From: Candidatus Magasanikiibacteriota bacterium
GTDB taxonomy: Bacteria; Patescibacteriota; Patescibacteriia; Magasanikbacterales; UBA922
DNA: 64,000 nt
Direction of reading: 5' to 3'
Assembly: GCA_021648085.1 (NCBI GenBank)
Contig: JAKITS010000001.1
Span: 260,948 to 324,947, forward strand
Every line of letters begins with the position of its first letter. Within the stretch, counting starts at the first letter, position 1. Below, piece by piece: positions 58,705-64,000 of this stretch. The notes under the pieces were generated by a model. The model ran no database searches. It was not told where the DNA came from and worked only from the letters and a program-made list of their open reading frames with translations. The translations under genes and the position numbers were made by a program.

Positions 58705-58795
58705 TCTATCTTTCTTTGTTTTGAGCTTCTTAAGTCTTCTTCTGGGGGGAAAGAAAGATTTGTATGTTTTATTTTTTTATACATACCTCTCTTTT

Positions 58796-59746
58796 TTACT
58801 TCCAGTATGCTCTTCCTTTATACCTCAGGTCTATATATTCCAAACCTTCTGTATGGTTTTTTATTTCTTTGTCTAATAGTACAACTAGTTGATTGTATTG
58901 AGTATTTATATCACGCACCAAAGAAGCATACAGCCTCCAACCTTCCCCTGTTTTTATAACAATATTTCCCAATTCATTTTCAATTTCAACATATTCTAAT
59001 GTTATACCAGAATATTCGTATAAAAGATCATACCACGCTATAACACCGCGCACCGTTTCTTTTTTAAGTACTTTTTGATTTATATTTGAATCTACTCCCC
59101 TCTTATCATATATTATTGGATAATCTCCCATTTCATCTATTATTTCTTTTTTACTCAAAATATGCTCTCTATTTATCTCAAGTTCTTCCACAGTCTCTTC
59201 TCCAAGCTCATTCGTAGAGCTTGTAGTCTCTGTGGTTATTAACCACTCATCTTCCCCAACCTGCCTTATCTTATCTACTACAACACCGTCCAGTCCTATA
59301 AATGAGTAGTTTAAACCGTTATCATAAATAATAGTAGATATTTTTTCTTCTATTCTTATAAATATTTTATTTGGAAAATTTTTCTCAACCACAATAGATT
59401 TTATCGGAAATTTATTTGTTAAAATATCTCTTATTTCGCGTACATTTATAAGAAAATAATTTTTTGCTGGAATTACAAAAAATTTGTCATAATTCATTAT
59501 TGCATCCACAGTTTCTTGAATTTCTTTTTCTTCTATGCGTTCCAGTCCTACAATATGGATAAACCTTACTTGAAAAAAAGAGTGGAAAAAAAGTAGTTTA
59601 AAAGTAAAAACTATACTGAGTACTATAATTAAGAACCCTATTTTTTGTGGAATAGAATTTTCTTTTTTTTTCTGTTTAAACGGATTAGAACTACTATTTT
59701 TTTTATTATTAAATTTATAGATCTTCCGTTTTTTTTGAGCTACCAT
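58796..59746 (-). CDS. FtsQ/DivIB-like protein
   Basis: Basic N-tail, TM, POTRA-like KNFPNKIFIRIEE, terminal YIDLR. Confidence 0.8.
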   Translation of the reverse strand: MVAQKKRKIYKFNNKKNSSSNPFKQKKKENSIPQKIGFLIIVLSIVFTFKLLFFHSFFQVRFIHIVGLERIEEKEIQETVDAIMNYDKFFVIPAKNYFLINVREIRDILTNKFPIKSIVVEKNFPNKIFIRIEEKISTIIYDNGLNYSFIGLDGVVVDKIRQVGEDEWLITTETTSSTNELGEETVEELEINREHILSKKEIIDEMGDYPIIYDKRGVDSNINQKVLKKETVRGVIAWYDLLYEYSGITLEYVEIENELGNIVIKTGEGWRLYASLVRDINTQYNQLVVLLDKEIKNHTEGLEYIDLRYKGRAYWK

Positions 59747-59780
59747 ATTCTGAAGTTATTGAATTTAATAATAGAAGTTG

Positions 59781-61361
59781 TTAGGTGTATTTTTTTATAT
59801 CTTTGTCAGCTAAGATTTCTTTATAGACTTCTTCTGGTAATCTATGTTCAAGTAAAATAACATTTTTATTTTGTTTTAATTTTTTTATATACCTTGTAAG
59901 TTTTTTCTTGTCTAGTTTATAATACATTTTAACCTCTTTTTCATTTATGCCAGCCTCAAAAAGATGTGCCGGTTTTTTTGTTGTGAGAATAATTTTATCT
60001 GCATATTTAGTCATATATTCACCAACTTCTTTGTGTTTTTCTTTTGTCTTTCTTCCAAGCTCAAACATTCCTTTTGCAATAACTATTTTGGTATAAGAGT
60101 TATTAAAAATTTCCAGTGTTTTTAGTGCTGTTTTAAAGCCTACTGGGTTTGAATTATAGCTATCGTCTATGATTATAGATTTTCCATACCTCATTAACTT
60201 CATAGTTCTATCCGGTACGGTTATTTTACTACAAGCTTCAATAATATTTTTTTTATCAACTCCAAATGAAACCGCAGCCAAAATAGACGCACCTAAATTG
60301 TAAGCTTGGTGTTTTCCTAAAATTGGAGATGTTATTTTCCAATTTTCTTTATTTATTTTAAAATTTATCTCTATCCCCTTTTCTGTTTCAATAACTTTTT
60401 TTATTAAACAATTTGGTTTGTTTTCTAAGTTTGCACCAAAAGTCCGTACTTTTGATCGCACTTTTGGTAAAAGTTCTTTTATATATTCGTTGTCTATGTT
60501 TGCAATTGAAATCCCCTTTTTTGGTATGGCATGTAATAGTTCAAATTTTGCATGTTGTATATTTTTTATTGTTTTAAAAAGTACCAAATGTTGCTCTATT
60601 ATTGTTGTTAATATGCCTACAGTTGGCTTTGTTATTTTTGTCATTATCTTTATTTCACCTTTTCCGTAAGATCCCATTTCTACCACAAAAATATCATAAC
60701 TACTAAAATCTGTTTGTAATATAAATTTTGCTATTCCCATTTCTGTATTTATATTTTTTGGCGTATGAATTACATTGAATTTTTTTTCTAGAATTTGAGA
60801 CAAAAATACTTTTACAGTAGTTTTTCCATAGCTTCCTGTAATTCCAACCACTTTTAATCTTTTATAGTTACGCATTTTTTCTGTTGCTTTTTTAATGTAA
60901 TAATTTTTTAACAAAACAGAAAATGGCCATAAAATAATAGAAGTCAAGATAAAAATAAACGGTCTAAAAAGTAAAATAACTAAAGCTAAAGGGCTTCCTA
61001 AAAGAAAAATAAAAACAATAGTTTCAACAATTGTTGGCAATAGAAGAGTTAAAAACGATCTAAATGTGAAGGTCGGTAGACTTTTTCTTAAGAAAGAGAT
61101 AAGTCTATAAACTATATCTACTATTAGCATTATTGCAATTATTTGCAATATGTTTTCAGAAAAGTTTGGATTAAAAATTAAAAAAAGAGCCGTAATCTTC
61201 CAAAAAAAATGAAGTTTTGAAAATGATTTTATACCACCTCTGGAGAAGAAATAATCTTTTGTTCTATCCAGTCTGTAATCGGCAAACTGAAGAATTGAGG
61301 TGTGCTCAGCATATTCCAATAAGGCACTAAAAAATAATAAAAAAGTTATTATTGTTTGCAT
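59781..61361 (-). CDS. murF: UDP-MurNAc-tripeptide--D-Ala-D-Ala ligase with N-terminal TM extension
   Basis: GITGSYGKTT, VVEMG, IDDSYNSNP, GMFELG. Confidence 0.88.
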   Translation of the reverse strand: MQTIITFLLFFSALLEYAEHTSILQFADYRLDRTKDYFFSRGGIKSFSKLHFFWKITALFLIFNPNFSENILQIIAIMLIVDIVYRLISFLRKSLPTFTFRSFLTLLLPTIVETIVFIFLLGSPLALVILLFRPFIFILTSIILWPFSVLLKNYYIKKATEKMRNYKRLKVVGITGSYGKTTVKVFLSQILEKKFNVIHTPKNINTEMGIAKFILQTDFSSYDIFVVEMGSYGKGEIKIMTKITKPTVGILTTIIEQHLVLFKTIKNIQHAKFELLHAIPKKGISIANIDNEYIKELLPKVRSKVRTFGANLENKPNCLIKKVIETEKGIEINFKINKENWKITSPILGKHQAYNLGASILAAVSFGVDKKNIIEACSKITVPDRTMKLMRYGKSIIIDDSYNSNPVGFKTALKTLEIFNNSYTKIVIAKGMFELGRKTKEKHKEVGEYMTKYADKIILTTKKPAHLFEAGINEKEVKMYYKLDKKKLTRYIKKLKQNKNVILLEHRLPEEVYKEILADKDIKKYT

Positions 61362-61408
61362 ATGAAGTTTTTATAATTTTAAAACTATTTTGTATAACAA
61401 AGCAAAAA

Positions 61409-62662
61409 TTATTTTCTTTCAATTTTTTCTTTCCCTATATATTTTTGCAGTACTTTCGGAATCAATATACTACCGTCTTCTTGTTGTAAGTTTTCTAAGA
61501 TTGCAATTGGAAACCTTGATGCTACTATTGCAGTTCCGTTTAGCGTATGTACAAATTCTGTCGATCCGTCTTCTTTTTTGTATTTTATATTTAGTCTGCG
61601 AGCCTGATAGTCTGTGCAATTGCTAGCGCTTGTAATTTCACCATAACCACCGTTTTCACCTACCATATTCATATAAGCTTCTATATCGTATTTTCTGTAT
61701 GCTGGTGCTCCTAAGTCTCCAGTTGGGATGTCTATTACTCTGTATGGAATTTCCAAACCATCACATATTTTCTGCTCCATCTCTAATAATTCTTGATGTA
61801 TTTTTTCACTTTCCTCTGGTTTGCAAAATACAAACATTTCTAGTTTTGTAAATTGATGAACTCGGTAGATTCCTTTACTTGTTCTGCCGTAAGCCCCAGC
61901 TTCTTTACGGAAACAATGAGAAAGTCCAGCATATTTTATAGGGCCATTTGATAAATCTATAGTTTCATTTGCGTGATATCCTGCTAAAGGAATTTCTGCT
62001 GTTCCAATTAAATTCAACTCTTCATTTTCTATTTTATAAATTTGATCTTCTTCTCCACGAGGATTAAAACCAGCACCCTCCAAAATTTCAGTCTTTGCCA
62101 AGTCTGGTGTAATCATTAAATCGAAATTATAATCTTGCAGAATTTCCAAACCATATGAAATTAAAGCTCTTTCTAATAAAACTGCATCATTTTTAAGAAA
62201 ATACCATTTTGATCCAGCAATTTTTGCTCCACGCTCAAAATCTATCATATTCAAATTTTCCATCAACTCATCGTGATTTTTTGCGTCAAAACTAAAATTT
62301 GGTTTTTCACCTTTTATCTCCAAAACTTTAAAATCTTCCTCCCCTCCTCTGGGAGTTTTTGGATGAATTAAGTTTGGGACTCTTTTGTACAAATCAAAAT
62401 AATCCACGTCAACAAGTTCTAATTCTGTTTCTAGTCCTTTAATCTCCAAACCAACCCTCTTTAATTCTTCAATTTCCTCTGGTGTTGGTTTACTCTTCGA
62501 ACCTTTATTTCTAGAAGCTCTTTTATCTTCTAATTTTACTATAATGCCCCTTCTTTTTTTATCTACATCTAGCAATCTATCTATATCCAAGTCCACAAAA
62601 CGATCTTTCACATTTTGTTTTATCAAATCTATATTTTTACGAATAAAGTTTATATCTAACAT
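61409..62662 (-). CDS. serS: Serine--tRNA ligase
   Basis: MLDINFIR, GTAE, FRKEAG, HQFTKLE, EITSASNCTDYQARRL. Confidence 0.97.
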   Translation of the reverse strand: MLDINFIRKNIDLIKQNVKDRFVDLDIDRLLDVDKKRRGIIVKLEDKRASRNKGSKSKPTPEEIEELKRVGLEIKGLETELELVDVDYFDLYKRVPNLIHPKTPRGGEEDFKVLEIKGEKPNFSFDAKNHDELMENLNMIDFERGAKIAGSKWYFLKNDAVLLERALISYGLEILQDYNFDLMITPDLAKTEILEGAGFNPRGEEDQIYKIENEELNLIGTAEIPLAGYHANETIDLSNGPIKYAGLSHCFRKEAGAYGRTSKGIYRVHQFTKLEMFVFCKPEESEKIHQELLEMEQKICDGLEIPYRVIDIPTGDLGAPAYRKYDIEAYMNMVGENGGYGEITSASNCTDYQARRLNIKYKKEDGSTEFVHTLNGTAIVASRFPIAILENLQQEDGSILIPKVLQKYIGKEKIERK

Positions 62663-63261
62663 ATTTGTGTTTGTAAATATTCTTTCATTTTTCTTATTGC
62701 TTGCCCGCGGTGACTTATTTCATTTTTTTCCTCCAAACTGAGATCATCGTATATTTTGTTTAGCTTTGGCACAAAAAATATAGGATCGTATCCAAAACCA
62801 GTCTTTATTATAGCAGGATATTCTTCAGAAATTAAACCATTTACTTTCCCCAATACAGATTTACTAGTTTTTGTGTTTGGATCGTAAAAAGTAATCACAG
62901 TTCTAAAACTAGCGTTTCTTTTGCTTAAGTCTATTCCTTTAAGTTTTTCTAAAACAAGATCACACTTTTCTTTGTGTGAATCAGCAACTCTAGCACTATG
63001 CACTCCAGGCCAACCATCCAAATCATTTACAAAAAGTCCACTGTCATCTGCCAAAGTATTCAATCCTGTTTTTTCTGCATAATACTTTGCTTTAAGTAAT
63101 GAATTTCCTTCCAATGTCTCTTCTGTTTCTTCTGGGTCTTCTATTTCAAAATTCAAATCATCGAGAAAAATAAAATCAAAATATTCGAAGTTTTCAAACT
63201 CTTTTTTAATTTCTTCAATTTTATTTTTATTTGTTGTTGCAATTAGAAGTTTTGTTACCAT
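62656..63261 (-). CDS. rdgB: Non-canonical purine NTP pyrophosphatase (RdgB/HAM1)
   Basis: ATTNKNK, ADDSGL, GFGYDPIF, KNEISHRG. Confidence 0.95.
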   Translation of the reverse strand: MVTKLLIATTNKNKIEEIKKEFENFEYFDFIFLDDLNFEIEDPEETEETLEGNSLLKAKYYAEKTGLNTLADDSGLFVNDLDGWPGVHSARVADSHKEKCDLVLEKLKGIDLSKRNASFRTVITFYDPNTKTSKSVLGKVNGLISEEYPAIIKTGFGYDPIFFVPKLNKIYDDLSLEEKNEISHRGQAIRKMKEYLQTQIC

Positions 63262-63661
63262 ATTTTTTTATAAGATGTGTTTTTAGTCGCTTTTCTTTGA
63301 AAGATTTTAGTCTAACAATTTTACTATTTATACTTTCTTTTTCAAGATAACCTTCTAAGTTATTCACAAACATTTTTTGGTCATAACCTAGTGCAATGAT
63401 ATTAGGTTTTTGTTCTAATATCACTTTATAAACATATTTTTTACTTCCAAATACAACCTTATCAACCAATTTTATATTTTCCATTATTTCTTTTCTTTCG
63501 TTTTCTGTATGGAAACATCTAGATTTTTTTATTTTTTCTACATTTTTGTCTCTTGCTATAACTACAATTAAATAATTTCCTAGTTTTTTTGCTTGTTGAA
63601 GCATTTTCAAATGTCCAAAATGTATCAGATCAAAAGTGCCAAAAACCATTACCTTTTTCAT
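63227..63661 (-). CDS. Cytidylyltransferase family / archaeal-type FAD synthetase
   Basis: FGTFDLIHFGH, IARD, LGYDQ. Confidence 0.85.
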   Translation of the reverse strand: MKKVMVFGTFDLIHFGHLKMLQQAKKLGNYLIVVIARDKNVEKIKKSRCFHTENERKEIMENIKLVDKVVFGSKKYVYKVILEQKPNIIALGYDQKMFVNNLEGYLEKESINSKIVRLKSFKEKRLKTHLIKKYGNKTSNCNNK

Positions 63662-63663
63662 AA

Positions 63664-64000
63664 TTATTCTTGCTCCGGTTTCATAAGTGGAAACAGTACA
63701 CAATCTCTCACTGGCTTATCTTCAAAAAAAGCAAAGAACCTTTCTGACAATCCAAAACCTGTTGTTGGAGGCATTCCGTGTTCCAGAGCTTCTATAAAAT
63801 CTGCGTCGTACATATGAGCCTCATCATCTCCCCCTTCTCTCATTTCTAGTTGTTTCTTAAATCTTTCTTTTTGGTCTATCGGATCGTTTAACTCCGAGTA
63901 TCCATTTCCAAGCTCACTCCCTGCTACAATAATTTGAAATCTTTCTGTTAGCTCCCTGTCATCTTCTTTTCTTTTTGCTAAAGCCGAGACTTGAACTGGA
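63664..64000 (-). CDS. lysS: Lysine--tRNA ligase class II (C-terminal part; 5' end outside window)
   Basis: Manual translation: ERFQ...ELGNGYSELNDP...ALEHGMPPTTGFG...LFPLMKP*. Confidence 0.93.
   Translation of the reverse strand, partial: PVQVSALAKRKEDDRELTERFQIIVAGSELGNGYSELNDPIDQKERFKKQLEMREGGDDEAHMYDADFIEALEHGMPPTTGFGLSERFFAFFEDKPVRDCVLFPLMKPEQE

Noticed and set aside
58636-58959. Plus-strand ORFs of 107 and 60 aa
   Set aside because: Antisense overlap with the ftsQ-like gene, span the dif-like site, and have atypical composition
599-63817. Many short antisense or nested ORFs in the track (e.g. 599-832, 13230-13625, 51555-51830)
   Set aside because: Shadow ORFs of well-supported genes with no motifs or start signals
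1-64000. Alternative genetic code (TGA = Gly, as in Gracilibacteria)
   Set aside because: Core genes are full length under code 11 and TGA serves as a stop in ATGA overlaps (8635, 15300, 18794)

Overview
AT-rich chromosomal segment in standard genetic code. Gene content and the absence of SD on core genes suggest a Patescibacteria (CPR, Parcubacteria/ABY1-like) bacterium; this is inference, not a database hit. It carries an Rrf2-IscS-SUF Fe-S biogenesis operon with ferredoxins and a divergent FNR-like gene; gltX; a surface-polysaccharide region interrupted by a putative restriction-modification pair; fmt-def-priA; rsmI-metG-cvpA-tatD; recQ; a U32 protein with a ferredoxin; a type IV pilus/T2SS-like cluster with repeat-expanded minor pilins and a PilC-SH3 fusion; and an ftsQ-murF-serS-rdgB-lysS run. 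Two non-coding signals stand out. (1) About 15 scattered orphan or degenerate-enzyme genes carry Shine-Dalgarno motifs that the conserved genes lack. About 9 of them also share a sigma70 promoter (mostly 17-bp spacer) and a boxA-like motif at or near the predicted transcript 5' end, and most end in their own terminator. (2) A symmetric 11-6-11 dif-like site at 58677-58704 lies between convergent genes, marking the probable replication terminus. No CRISPR array, rRNA, tRNA or intact transposase was seen.
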